A stretch of 64,000 nt of DNA from Lama guanicoe (taxonomy: Eukaryota). The stretch spans positions 1,231,509 through 1,295,508 of the forward strand of contig MU054220.1 of NCBI GenBank assembly GCA_013239625.1, given 5' to 3'. Shown piece by piece: positions 1-11,919 of this stretch (position 1 is its first letter; each line of letters begins with the position of its first letter). A program made the position numbers and the translations under genes. The notes under the pieces were generated by a model. It saw only the letters and a list, made by a program, of their open reading frames with translations, did no database searches and was not told the origin of the DNA.

Positions 1-383
1 TCAACTATTTGCAAAGCACCTCCCTCACTGTTACACTCAAAGCGCCTCATCTGAGCAGCATCTTCCAATGCCAACACGACAAGGTGACCCCTCTCTACTC
101 TGTTTTCCCAAGGAATGAATGGAATCATCAGGTTTTCCCTGCTTGTGGGATCACTTTCTGCTTCTGAAGACAATTCCAAGCTCTCGTGGCTCAGCACCAG
201 TGCGCCACGAGAATAGCAAGAAGTTTCCTGACACCACTGTTTTCAGCACACAGTTTCACGTTCTACCTGGAGCCCCGGAACCCAAGAGCCCCTCACCCCA
301 GCATTTAACCAAAGCTCACTTCCCATCCTCCAAGTGAAAGTCGGGGGGAACACTCCCTTAGGAGGGCGTCCTAAGACACTTAC

Positions 384-641
384 GTGTGTACTGTGCAGTG
401 GAGCTGGAGATCCCCTGGACATGGTCCACTTCTGGGAGGATGGTGACGTTATATAAGGTGCCCGGGATCAGGTCCCTGAGCGTGATCCCTTCATGAGAAC
501 TGTTTGTCCAGTTAGAGCCGTGCTCTGACTCTATAATTACACGGTAGATGTAATCAGGAGCATTGTCTGTATTCCTCCACTCCAGCTGCATGTCAGTCGT
601 GCTGACACTGACCACGCGGATGTCAAACACTGCACTGGAGT
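384..641 (-). CDS. PTPRJ: PTPRJ coding exon 9 (FN3 repeat), 258 nt, phase 1-1
   Basis: Acceptor ttcctccgaccag|AC, donor ACAC|gtaagt. Encodes DSSAVFDIRVVSVSTTDMQLEWRNTDNAPDYIYRVIIESEHGSNWTNSSHEGITLRDLIPGTLYNVTILPEVDHVQGISSSTAQYT, closely matching recalled human PTPRJ (PSAVFDIHVVYVTTTEMWLDW...LIPGTLYNITISPEVDHVWG...STAQYT). Confidence 0.96.
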
Positions 642-1894
642 CTGGTCGGAGGAAAGGAAGGAGAAAGAGAAGTCTGTAAATGACCATCATAATGTCCAGC
701 TTTATTCCAAAGTGTCTATCAAGAGAACTTCCTCTTTTGTCATCAGACTCTCAAATGAGTTCACAAATGGCAAACTCCAAAACTTCAGTGAAAAACACAC
801 ACGCTCAGTTCTTTCAAGAATTTTGGCTGTTCCATAATAGATGAACCTACCAGTGCATCCTACCGGTTTTCTGGTCTTTTGCTTTTGTCATAAAGATGCC
901 CCTTTTCAGGGGTCTTCTGGAGTGGAAATCCCGTTCAGTTCCTCGACCTGAGTGCTGTGACCAGATGGGTTCAATTCATCAAACTACGCACTTAGGATAT
1001 GTGTGCTTCTCCGTGTGTGTATTATTATCTCAATAAAGTTTTTTTTAATCACTCCCTCAAAAGTAAGTATCTTTCTATTAACATAGTCAGGCATACTGAA
1101 GAGAAAAACTGAAATGGAGAGTTGGCATTTACCAAGCGGGAGCATCTGAGGCTGGAACTGGAAAGGGAATAAAGCACACGCGCCCCGCCCTCAGAGCTGG
1201 GAGTCAGAAGTGAGGTCACCCGCGTGAGTCCTCCGGGGACTGTCCTCAGACCATCGCACCTCCCCACCCTGAACCAGCTGCAAGATAATTGCACAGAGCG
1301 AGGCCCAGGCATAACCAGCCCTACAAGAGGGCTTCTTTTCTGCCCTTGCTTTCACAACTTTTTTCTCTTGACCAGTAACCCAGGTCACTTCTAACAAGAG
1401 GAGTTGGGTGGATAAAGAGGAAAGAAGGAAACAGTTTCACTGTAAGATCCTTTTTTTTTTTTCAAATTTTGCACCACATGCATGTGCTATCTGCTCCCAA
1501 ATTCATTTTCAAGTGGGTTCTCCCCTAAAAGAAAGCAACTTTGGAAGTCTTCTTTCCCTACCCACCAGATGCCTGATGTCAAAGAGATTCCACAGACAAA
1601 AGACCACGAAAGGCAACAATTTTCTATAAACATAATAGTAGAAATAACCTAAATAGTTCGTAAAAAGAGAAGGGCTAAAGACACTGTGATCTGGCTATAG
1701 GATGAAATAACCTGCAGCCTCTAAAAACGTGAAGACATAATAACCATGGGAAGGAAGTTATGGCATATACCAAGTTCAAATGCAAAATAAAGTGATTCAT
1801 ATAATTTTTGCAGTGATATAAACTAAATGTATGTCTGTGGATACAGACAAAAAAGGAATTCAGTTGGGTCAGAAGAGCAGAGTTAAATTTTTAA

Positions 1895-2010
1895 GGGAGG
1901 AGGGGATAGCTCAGTGGTAGAACGTGTACTCAGCATGCACGAGGTCCTGGGTTCAATCCCCGGTACCTCCATGAAATAAATAAATCAAATTCCACCCCCC
2001 GCAAGAAAAA
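1895..2010 (+). mobile_element. tRNA-Ala-derived SINE (camelid vic-1-like)
   Basis: Head ggggatagctcagtggtagaacgtgtactcagcatgcacgaggtcctgggttcaatccccggtacctcc with A and B boxes, followed by an AATAAA-rich linker and an A-rich tail. Confidence 0.85.
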
Positions 2011-2074
2011 GATTTTTAAAAAATCCTAAAATATTTTTTAAAAACAACAGTGGAGTTATTGCTGTTTCCCTGCC

Positions 2075-2490
2075 TTTTTATGGTACCAAAATAAACACAA
2101 CATAATATTTTATCATTTTAACAATTGCCAAATGTACAACTCAGTAATATTGAACTTTCACAATGTTGTGTCACCAACACCATTATCTATACCCAAACAT
2201 TTCATCATCCCCAACACGAACTCTGTTCCTGTTAAACGACAACTCCTTGTTCCTCTGTCCTCCCAGCCAGAAGGTAACCTCTCTTCGACTTTTTGTCTCT
2301 ATGAGTGTGCCTATTCTAGGCATCTCACATAAGTGGAATCATAGGGTATCTGTCCTTTTATGTCTGGCTTATATGTCTGGTGTGAATCATGTTACTGTGA
2401 ACACTGGTGTACAGATAACTGTTCAAGTCCCTGCTTTCAATTCTTTTGGAAATATATACATGTAGGAGTGGAATTACTGCATCATACGGT
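2075..2490 (-). mobile_element. Old L1 (L1M-type) 3' end fragment
   Basis: Typical antisense L1 3'UTR/ORF2-end text (ttcacaatgttgtg, ctttttgtctctatgagt, taagtggaatcata, taggagtggaattactg). Boundaries are approximate. Confidence 0.7.
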
Positions 2491-3544
2491 ATTTGTTTCC
2501 CTTGTTCAAAATTGCCTTTAATCCTATTGCATTGCTTCTCCCTCAGTAATAATGAACACTGTTCAATAGTAGAATGGTAATACCCCTAAGAGCCTAGTGC
2601 CTTGTTACAGCTCTTCCTGATTTCCATTCAACGGGACAATCATAGGCAACAGTACAGGAGACGCCTTCTCCTTATGAATAGTCCAAAATTACTTTTGCAG
2701 CTGCACCACATCAAAGTGTCATTCACTCCACACTGTGGTGAAGACCCCAGTCTTCAAAGCCAGATGGAGATCAGTTCACTACTGGTCCCTGTGGGCCAGG
2801 CACTTAAGTTCACAGAGTCCCCATTTCCTACTCTGTAAAACAGAGATGATAGATAGTAACGCCTACCTCATGAAGTCGTGTTAAAAAATGCTTAAATACA
2901 GGATGAGAGCCTAGCACTTTGCAGACCCCCAGTATATTATATTATTATTATATTAAATTCCGGACATTGGCAAATCACACAATACCAAGGGACCCTACAG
3001 TGGTGATCCTCTTACCACTATCGACATTCTCAAAACAAAAGAAAAAAATATATACGTTGATAACACAACCCTAACTCAACAGTTGAATCTAAAACTCAGA
3101 CTTGAAAAGGAACTACTGCACTTCATCTGAGGGATGCATTTGAGCGCTTCCCTTATTTTAGAAGGTCTTCCAAATAACTATCAGTGCTTAACCCAACCAA
3201 CAGAGCCGAGGAAATCCACACAGAGAATCTCAAGAGCCCAACTGACTGCACATACGGCTCAAGGAATCGGTCTCGTTTATTATTCCCTTCCGTGCAGAGG
3301 ATTCCAATTCCCTTGCAAGCCAAGATCAAAGAATACTGTATGTTTTCCAAGCTTTCCCAAAAATTTCATTTCAAATTTTAAAACAATGAAAAATAAATTG
3401 TTTTCATGAACTATTTTTTATCACTATCAATTAGCTTTATAGAACTAACGAAACTATTGTATCACAATGTTGTTTAAGAAAAATTGTAAATAATCCACCT
3501 GGCCAACAACAGGGGAGTAATTATATAATTTGTAATACATTCAG

Positions 3545-3870
3545 ATCAGGGGTTCTTAAACATCAAGGTCTCAGGACCCTTCTACTTTCTTAAATGTTAC
3601 TGAGGTTCTCAGAGAATTTTTATTTATTTAGGTTATATTTATGTTTGCTGTAATGAAATGTTTCAATGAGGAAAATTTTAAAACATAAAAAATACACAAG
3701 CATGCATTTCATTATTAGCCAAAAGAAAAACAATGCTATCCCGTATCATACAGGCATTAGAAAACTCCACTGTGAGTGGAGAGAATGAGCGAAAAAGCCA
3801 AATAGCGCTCCAGTTTTATTAGAAGAATGAAACTCTCAGAGATCCCTGGACCACACTTTGAGAACCACTG
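3545..3870 (-). mobile_element. hAT-Charlie1-like DNA transposon remnant
   Basis: The minus strand begins cagtggttctcaaagtgtggtccagggatc and the other end reads caggggttcttaaa, giving Charlie-type terminal inverted repeats. Confidence 0.65.
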
Positions 3871-3877
3871 ACCTAAC

Positions 3878-4096
3878 CAAGGGGTCAGCAAACTTTTTCT
3901 ATAAGGGTCATAGAATAAATATTTTAGGTTTTGCAGGCTATGTGTTCTCTGTTGCAACTACTCATTTCTAGCACAAAAGAAGCCATAGACATTATATAAA
4001 GGAATGAGCATGATTGTGTTCCAGTAAAACTGTGTTTATAAAAACAGGCAGTGGGCCAGATTTGGCCCATGGGCTATTATCATCTGCTGACCTCTG
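3878..4096 (+). mobile_element. MER58-like hAT MITE
   Basis: caaggggtcagcaaactttttctataaggg...aaatattttaggttttgcaggc...gggccagatttggccc...gctgacctctg matches the recalled MER58A pattern. Confidence 0.7.
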
Positions 4097-4526
4097 ATTC
4101 TGACAGTGGAATGTCAGACAGGTATTAAAATCACCTTGCAGGTATATTCATACTGATGAGGAAGCCTACTGATAATAAACTTTTAAGTGAAGAAAAAGCA
4201 GATTATAAAAAGCATATACACGATGACTTCAATGTTTATAAAAGAAATGCACACACACACATACACCAGTATATACCTTAAACTTCCTAAACATCTCACA
4301 TCAGAGGTTACCAGTGATTATCTCTGGTTAATGGTTTACCTGTGATTTTTCTCTTTTTGCTTGTCTGTATTTCATGTAACGAATATTCATTGCTGTCATA
4401 AATTTTTTTGAAGATTTTTCTTAGACAAAAGAAAAGCAATATTTGGAAAACCTGACATTTATAAATTATATTCATATCCCTTAAGAAATATGACTATTTC
4501 ACAGAAAACACAGCTTATTCGCTTAC

Positions 4527-4784
4527 CAGTTTTACTGTAAACTGTCCGGGATTCCCCTTTAGTCCCATTTGGTCCTTCTGGCACTATGTCAAAACGGTAC
4601 TCAGTCCCAGGGTATAAGCCACCAATGACAATACTTTGGTTGGTAGTTGTTTCCACCTGAGATTCTCCAGTTTCATTGCGAGTGGCAGATATCTCAAAGG
4701 AATTAGAGTCATTGCTGCTCCACGCTAAGCCAATTTCCCTTATGCTGACATTCGTCACTCGAAAGTCAAAAACTGGACTAGGGT
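4527..4784 (-). CDS. PTPRJ: PTPRJ coding exon 8 (FN3 repeat), 258 nt, phase 1-1
   Basis: Acceptor ttttcttcctacag|AC, donor ACTG|gtaagc. Encodes HPSPVFDFRVTNVSIREIGLAWSSNDSNSFEISATRNETGESQVETTTNQSIVIGGLYPGTEYRFDIVPEGPNGTKGESRTVYSKT, similar to human (DFRVTVVSTTEIGLAWSS...TTNQSIIIGGLFPGTKYCFEIVPKGPNGTEG). Confidence 0.96.
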
Positions 4785-4982
4785 CTGTAGGAAGAAAATA
4801 AATGACTAGATTAACAATCTATTTCTCCAGAAAACAAGGGTTACTGACCCTCATAAAATACCTACACTGAGATTAAATGCACACTTGGGACACCCAGCCT
4901 CTCCCTTTCTCTTCTCTGTATTACTACCTACAACACAAACCCCTCAGAAACTAGTGTTTCTAAGCATGAAGGGAACACTTGC

Positions 4983-5110
4983 AGGAAGGGTATAGCTGAA
5001 GTTGTAGAGCACATGCTTAGCATGCATGAGGCCCTGGGTTCAATCCCCAGTACCTCCTCTAAAGATAAATAAATAAATGTAATTACCCCTCTCCCTCAAA
5101 AGAAACCCAA
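4983..5110 (+). mobile_element. tRNA-Ala-derived SINE with expanded microsatellite tail
   Basis: gggtatagctgaagttgtagagcacatgcttagcatgcatgaggccctgggttcaatccccagtacctcc, then an aataaa linker and a taattacccct tail. Confidence 0.85.
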
Positions 5111-5252
<142 letters not shown>

Positions 5253-5429
5253 CACTTGACCACAGAAGTGCAGAAACTGGTGTTTAAGTTGTGCAAAGTC
5301 ATTCACAGGAAATGAGAAGAGGTGTGAATTCTCGTGGGTCAAGGGCGCAGGCTCTGAAGAAGGACTGTGGCCATTGCTGGCTGCTTTATCTTGCACACAT
5401 CATTAAGCCTCCAGAGTCTCTATTTAAGG

Positions 5430-6505
5430 ATGTGCAGCAGAGGCTGCTACTGATCCCCAAAATGCACCCCCCTTGCCTTTTTCCTTAATCATACACTCCC
5501 AGAGTTTTAGCAGTATACACAGCTGTTGGGAATAAAAACTACATTTCCCAGCCTCCCTTGCAACTAAAGTAGCCATGTGACTAAGTTCTGGCCAATCGGA
5601 TGTGAGCAGAAGTACCCATAAGGCTTCCAGGAAGTATCCTTAAAGGGTGAAGCACTATTTTCTGTTCTTCCTTCTTGTAGCTGGAATGTGACGTGATGCC
5701 TGGTGCTCAGTCTGGCCAGCTCTAGAACCAACAACGTGGTGTTGGCTGCAGCTTCCTGATACCAGGACAGCAGCTGAACATTTCTGGAGCCAACACTACA
5801 GCTGAGGCTGCTGACTGTTTCACAGTTGGGGATTCCCTGGGAAGGGAGTCATTTCTGGGTCCCAGCCGAAAGCCTGCTCCCCAGCTGTTATGAGTTGAAT
5901 TGTGTCCCCCTCAAAATTCATAGGTTGAAGTCCTAACCTCCAGTACCTCAGAATCTGACTGTATTTGGAGACAGGATTTTTAAAGAGGTGATTAAGTTAA
6001 AATGAGGACATTAAGTAGACCCTAACCCCAAAAGACTAGTATCCTTATAAGAAGAGGAGATTCGGACACAGACATGCACAGACCAGAGGGCAACAACCTG
6101 AAGACACAGGAAGAAGACGGCCAGTACAAACCAAGAAGGGAGGCCTCCAAAGAAACCAACCCTGAGTCACTTTGTCACCTTGATCTCAGACTTCTGGCTT
6201 CCAGAACTGTGAGAGAATAGATTTCTGTAGTTTAAGCCTCCCAGTCTGTGACCTGTTACGGCAGCCCCAGCAAACTAACACCCCAGCCCTTCCAGGGATT
6301 CTGTAAAGCCTCCGCTCCTGAGATTAAGTCCCTTTCGGCTTCAAATAGCTCAGCTTCTGTTTTCTGCAACTGAGCCACAGCTGACACGCTCCCACCCCAT
6401 CCTGCCTGGCGCTGGGCTTCTTTTAAAATGAGAGAGAAATAAACTCCTGCCTTGGATACTTGGGGACTGTTTTGTTACTTACCACAAAAAAATCCTAACA
6501 GATTA
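5430..6505 (+). mobile_element. Nested MaLR/ERVL LTR cluster (old MLT1-type LTR interrupted by younger LTR sequence)
   Basis: The 5' part has aaaactacatttcccagcctcccttgcaact...gccatgtgactaagttctggccaat (MLT1 hallmark). The 3' part, gagagaaataaactcc...ttttgttact...aatcctaacaga, resumes after about 6400. Confidence 0.6.
5886..6282 (+). mobile_element. MLT1A/B-like solo LTR
   Basis: Starts tgttatgagttgaattgtgtccccc and ends ttacggcagccccagcaaactaaca. Flanked by a 5-bp direct repeat ccagc (5881-5885 and 6283-6287). Confidence 0.8.
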
Positions 6506-7446
6506 AACAGCAAAAAAGTGAAAGGTAAAGAAAAGGAAGTGGGTTCTATTTACCCCCAAGACCCAGTCAGAAGATGTTTGTAAGAATGCCTGAAGTGTGT
6601 GCTTCTTGGGAAGCAGGAGACCCTCGAATAAAGCATTCTGGTGGGATGAGCCCTGGGTCCAGAGCCAGGCAGCCCCTGGGCTCAAGTCTCGGCTCTGCCA
6701 CTTGCCAGCCCCGCGGTCCTGGGCAAACTGTTCAGTTGTGCTGGGCTGCAGTTTTCTCATCTGTAGGACAGGGATCCTGACACCTGCCATGAAGGCCACT
6801 GGACACATGTCCAGCTCCTGGCACAGTGTGACACCATTACCCACTAAATTACTCAACTCCTGGGACACCATCATTGTGTTTTTTTCAATTATTGGACCTT
6901 CCTTGGAACAGAAAGCTTTTCATTTACTGCCTATCATCTCATCTTCAAGGGACAGTTGGATGAGAAGAAAGAAAAGACAAGATGTAGCTATGGCTGCTTC
7001 ATGAGAATGCCAGCCAGCATCCAAAGGACAAAGGGACATGAATATGCAGGTTCTTTATGTCTCTGTGGATCAATCTGCTCTCCATCTCCACCACACTAGA
7101 GTGGCCAGCACAAGCATAGGCTGCGACACTTACAAGGTATGACACCGGCTCTTGACACCTCTCTCCACCTGGGCTTCCTCATCCATAAAACTAGGCTGAT
7201 GCCAACCATGTCACAGATTTGAGGACATTAAATGAGACCACACAAGGAAAGCACGTCACACGCTGCTGGGCATGTGGGCCGGGTCAAGCCATGATCACTG
7301 TTACTGTACCACACGTCTGAAGCAAGTAAGAGTCCCTGAGGACCCACATGCTGAGCTGTGCTTTCCTCGAGTGCAGGAACAGTTTATCTTGGCCTGGCGC
7401 ACAGCAGGCAGGTAAGAAAGGTTAGCAAAGCAAGGAGCAGACTCAC

Positions 7447-7713
7447 GGGTGTACACTTGGAGAATTCCTGGAGTGCCCTCCGATCCGTCATTGAGCAAAG
7501 GACACACGGTGATGTTGTATAACGTGCTGGAGCTGAGTGCAGTGATGACAGCATGAGTTTCACTGACAGCGAGATTGAAGGAATCGGTCCTGCCAGCAAC
7601 TTGTATCTTGTAGGCGTAGACAGAGGATGACTCATTATCACTGATCTTCCAGGTCAGGGTCAAGCTTGTGGCACTGATGTTCACGACTTGAAGGTCAAAC
7701 ACCTGGATAGACT
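7447..7713 (-). CDS. PTPRJ: PTPRJ coding exon 7 (FN3 repeat), 267 nt, phase 1-1
   Basis: Acceptor gtgtcttcacag|AG, donor ACCC|gtgagt. Encodes KSIQVFDLQVVNISATSLTLTWKISDNESSSVYAYKIQVAGRTDSFNLAVSETHAVITALSSSTLYNITVCPLLNDGSEGTPGILQVYT, matching human (IQVFDVTAVNISATSLTLIWKVSDNESSS...YNITVCPV...EGTPGFLQVHT). Confidence 0.96.
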
Positions 7714-10302
7714 CTGTGAAGACACAAGACAAGTTAACAACCACCAGAAGGGCCAAGCTACAGAGAGAGAAGCTGTCATCACAGCACATTCTCTCATCTA
7801 AGAAACACTCTTAGTGATTCTTCCTTCCAACTCTACACCATTTAACCACAACCACAGCATGCCCAAGTGCATGGGGGGAGCATCTTCAGTGAAGGAACAA
7901 TCTGGCCAATTGCAACTCTTCGTTCTTCTTGTGAGTTGACTTCAAGATGTGACAGACTCCTCAGACAACATCATGGACCTACTCATGTCCCCTACGGGCT
8001 GGATGACCCAGAAAGGCCTCAAGTACGTATCCATCTAAGAATGAACACTATACTCTACATGACCAAATAAGGACCGCAGACTTTAGCACGAGGCAGGCCT
8101 TGGTTCCAAGGTCAGCTCTGCTTTAATAGCCAGGTGGACCTTAGGAAAATCACCAGGCTCAGTTTCCTCACCTCTAAAATCAGCGTAGCAAACTGAACTC
8201 AAGAAAAGGCAACACCAGAGAGCTAGGTCCTCACCACTTGCCCAACCCACCCTCCCAACCCACTCTCTGCCCCTCTCCTGCCTGCTCTGTGCCCCAGGAG
8301 GCTGACCCCTGCACACTGCATCACTGGGGCACAGGTGTGCAGAGACCCTGCCAGGTGGCCTGGGACCAGGCTCCACCACTGAGTGATACAGGCAGGCGAC
8401 TGGGCGGCTGGAAGAGAAAGCAGTTGGCATCTTTCTCCCCTCTGCCTCCTGCTCTGTTGCCTGTTCTGGCATGACTGGCTCCTCCACTGCCCCAGCCCTC
8501 ACTGGGCTCCAGAAACACCAGTCCCTTCCCCTTGCTCTTCAGCCTTGGAGGTTGATTTTCTACCACAACAAGTTTCAGGGGTCTCAACACCCTGTGATGG
8601 TTTCCTTAACTCCATCCCACCTAACTAGTCACTTGACAAGTGCCTGGTACCATATATGTGTGTGTGGTGTGTGTATACAATATAGAGAGGGCTATGGCAA
8701 TAATAAAATTATGACAACATAATAATTACATGTATTATATAATTATTATTTATTACGTGCTAGGACAGCCAACACAAACCAGGCTCTGCTATGCATCTAT
8801 GTGAACACAAGCCTAAGACACAATCACTATTACTTTGATTCCACTTAAATCACTTTAAAAAGCAGGGAACCCCAGGCACACACTAAGCCACGTGAACCCT
8901 ATTAGCAAATCGGGCAAAGAGAACCTCCTCTGGACGGCTCTGCCCTGGGGTGAGGGCTTGGTGAGGCGCCAATAGGCTAGAGTTCAGCCCCCACTTACCC
9001 ACCCCCTGCACAAGCATCCTGTGTGTAGGGCAGTCCCTCCACTGTCACTGGCACCCCTGGAGGGGCCCCTTCCTCTCCTCTCTCTTCCCCCTCCTCTCCC
9101 AGCCAATAATTGCCTCCAAGTAACCTACAGCATATCCCTCAGGTCCCCACAAAAGAGCGAAACATACATATAACATCTCTCTAGGAATTAAATCAACCCC
9201 TCTAGAATCATCAGAGTTCTTGAGACGTCACGGAGTCCCAGAGCCTCCCCACATTCATACCTCGGTGTCCATGATCTGCACTTTCACTCACGATGTTTCC
9301 TCAATGGACACATCCCCCTCCTCTCTATTTATCCAAATCCAACCCCCCCCACATCAAAGCCTCTCCTCCCTGTAGAGAGGCCTTCCTTTGGGATTTGAGG
9401 TTAAACTCATGCTCCAGTCTTCCAATGTCACAGCACTTACTGGGCAGCTACAGTGGACAGTGGCCATGTGTTACCTGTGCAGCACCCAACCCCCTTTTCC
9501 AAAAGGCATCTCAATCTCTCTTGCAGAGAGGAAGTACTGGCACCCATAGAGAAGCTGGGGGCCACCAGCTCCCTTCACCAGCACAGCCATCCAGAAAGCT
9601 ACATGGAGAAAAAGTATGTGGCACCCTCTCCACCTTAGAATCCTGAGGGAGTGTCACCAAGATCCAGAGTGGTCCAGCCCTCCAGAGCATCCTGGATGCC
9701 AGTCTGTTTTCTGTCCTTGGTCCTCCAGCCCCCACCCTCTCTCCCTCCGTTCTATGGGTCTACAACAGCCTTTCAGAATAGATATATTTTTGGAGAAAAT
9801 AACCAAAGTCAGTCTGTGTGGCCCGCAACCTAGCCCCTGGGGGCTACAAGTCTACAGCATTTCTTCCTGAACCCACAGAGCCTGACCATGCACTTCTCCA
9901 AGACTGTTTATCTTGGCTCCTAACCTATATTGAAATTCCCTGAAGGTAGGAACCATGTGTTTTTTTACCCCCTAATCAGCACCTCCAAAAAAGCTTCTAA
10001 ATATTGGCCAATTTATAGAGTGGGGGTGCTGACAAATTACAGGTAGAAGGCAGCAACGTGCATGTCAGCAAGTGTCACAGGAAGGTCAGAATGCCTTCCA
10101 AGGTCAGGCCAAAAAAGGAAACGTGTTTTCTTCTCTCAAGGGAAAGATACTTAACCACTATGGGCAAAATGAGTATCAATCAAGTTATAAGAGAAAGGCA
10201 TTACACCAGTTTGTCTCACTGGCCATACGCAGAGATACAAAAGAAAGACATGAGGTAGCGCCCAGTGTCTGCACATGGTAGTGGCTCAATATGCTGTACT
10301 GA

Positions 10303-11367
10303 CAAATAGCCAACAGGCACATGAAGAGATGCGCAGTATCACTAATCATCAGAGAAATGCAAATCAAAACTACAGTGAGGTGTCATCTCACAGCATCATT
10401 AAAATGTCCACAAATGATAAATGCCGGAGAGGGTGTGAAGAAAAGGGAACCCTCCTTCACTGCTAGTGGGAATGTAGTTTGGTGCAGCCATTATGGAAAA
10501 CCGCAGTCCCACTCCTGGGCATATATCCAGAGGGAACTCTAATTTAAAAGGATACATGTACCTCAATGTTCATAGCAGCACTATTTACAATAGTCAAGAC
10601 ATGGAAGCAACCTAAATGTCCATCGACAGATGAATGGATAAAGAAAATGTTTGTATACACAATGGAATACTACCCAGCCATAAAAAAGAATAAAATAATG
10701 CCATTTGCAGCAATATGGGTGGACCTGGAAACTGTCATTCTAAGTAAAGTAAGCCAGAAAGAGAAAGAAAAATACCATATGATGTCACTTATATGTGGAA
10801 TCTTAAAAAAAAAAAGTGGACACTAATGAACTCATCTACAAAACAAATAGACTTACAGACATAGTAAATGATCTTATGGTTACTAGGGAAAGAGGCTGGA
10901 AAGGGATAATTTGGGAGTTTGAGATTTGCAAATGTTAACCACTATATATAAAAATAGATTAAAAAACAAATGTCTTCTGTATAGCACAGGGAACTATATT
11001 CAATATCTTGTAATAACCTTTAACGAAAAAGAATTTGAAAATAAATATATGTATATATATACATGACTGGGACACTATGCTGTACACCAGAAATTGACAC
11101 ATTGTAACTGATTATACTTCAATTTTTTTAAAGTTTTAAAAAATGACAGAAATGAACTTCTTTACAAAACAGAGACAGATTCACAGACATAGAAAACAAA
11201 CTTATGGTTACCGGGGGGAAAGGGGTGGGGAGGGATAAGCTGGAAGTTCGAAATTTGCAGATATTAACTACTACATATAACATAAACAACAAGGTCCTAC
11301 TGTATAGCACAGGGAACAATACTCAACACCTTGTAATGGCCTATAATGAAAAGGAGTATGAGAAGGA

Positions 11368-11411
<44 letters not shown>

Positions 11412-11477
11412 CTGAATCACTGCTGTACAGATGAAATTAACACAGCATTGTAAATCGACTATATCTCAGTTTTTAAA
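10303..11477 (+). mobile_element. 5'-truncated L1 (ORF2 C-terminus plus two tandem 3'UTR copies), antisense to PTPRJ
   Basis: ORF fragments [11 protein letters not shown] and MFIAALFTIVKTWKQPKCPSTDEWIKKM are L1 ORF2 C-terminal motifs. The 3'UTR text occurs twice. Degenerate flanking repeat aatatgctgtactga / aatacggtgtattga. Confidence 0.9.
11369..11409 (+). repeat. (CA)n microsatellite, about 20 units
   Basis: Read directly. It lies inside the L1 3'UTR. Confidence 0.95.
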
Positions 11478-11703
11478 AATACGGTGTATTGAGCTCAAGG
11501 AAAGAAAAGTCTTGGCCACAGAGTTAAGAAGAAACTCACTGGATCTGCTCTGTCCGAAATCCCTTCTGGAAAACTCCCTCTGACAACAAAACTACTTATG
11601 AAGCAAGAGATAACCCAGAACCAGAATCACAGAAAACAAACTTTGTGCTAAAAAAAAACAAAAAAAACCTCTGGCTGAAGCCATTTTACACAATTCAACA
11701 TAC

Positions 11704-11919
11704 TTATGCTGAACTTTTTGGACTGGGGCTTTCCTTCGGTGCCATCTTCTGCTTGAGGATAAACAGTGGCCTCGTAGAGTGTGTCAGACTTTAACCCCCA
11801 AAGCAGGACTCGGGTCAGAGAAGCATCAGAGGACTGGTCTGCAGATTCGTGTAGGTATTTGCACTCAGAGGCAGTGAGGATCCTGGGTGGCTGGGACCGG
11901 CTGTCCGCGTTGCTGGCAT
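11704..11919 (-). CDS. PTPRJ: PTPRJ coding exon 6, 216 nt, phase 1-1
   Basis: Acceptor tgtgtttgaaacag|AT, donor ATAA|gtatgt. Encodes DASNADSRSQPPRILTASECKYLHESADQSSDASLTRVLLWGLKSDTLYEATVYPQAEDGTEGKPQSKKFSI, similar to human DASNTERS...EVLLVGLEPGTRYNATVYSQAANGTEGQPQAIEF. Confidence 0.93.

Noticed and set aside
10275..10826. ORFs with recognisable protein motifs
   Set aside because: They are frameshifted fragments of the L1 ORF2 C-terminus, not host genes.
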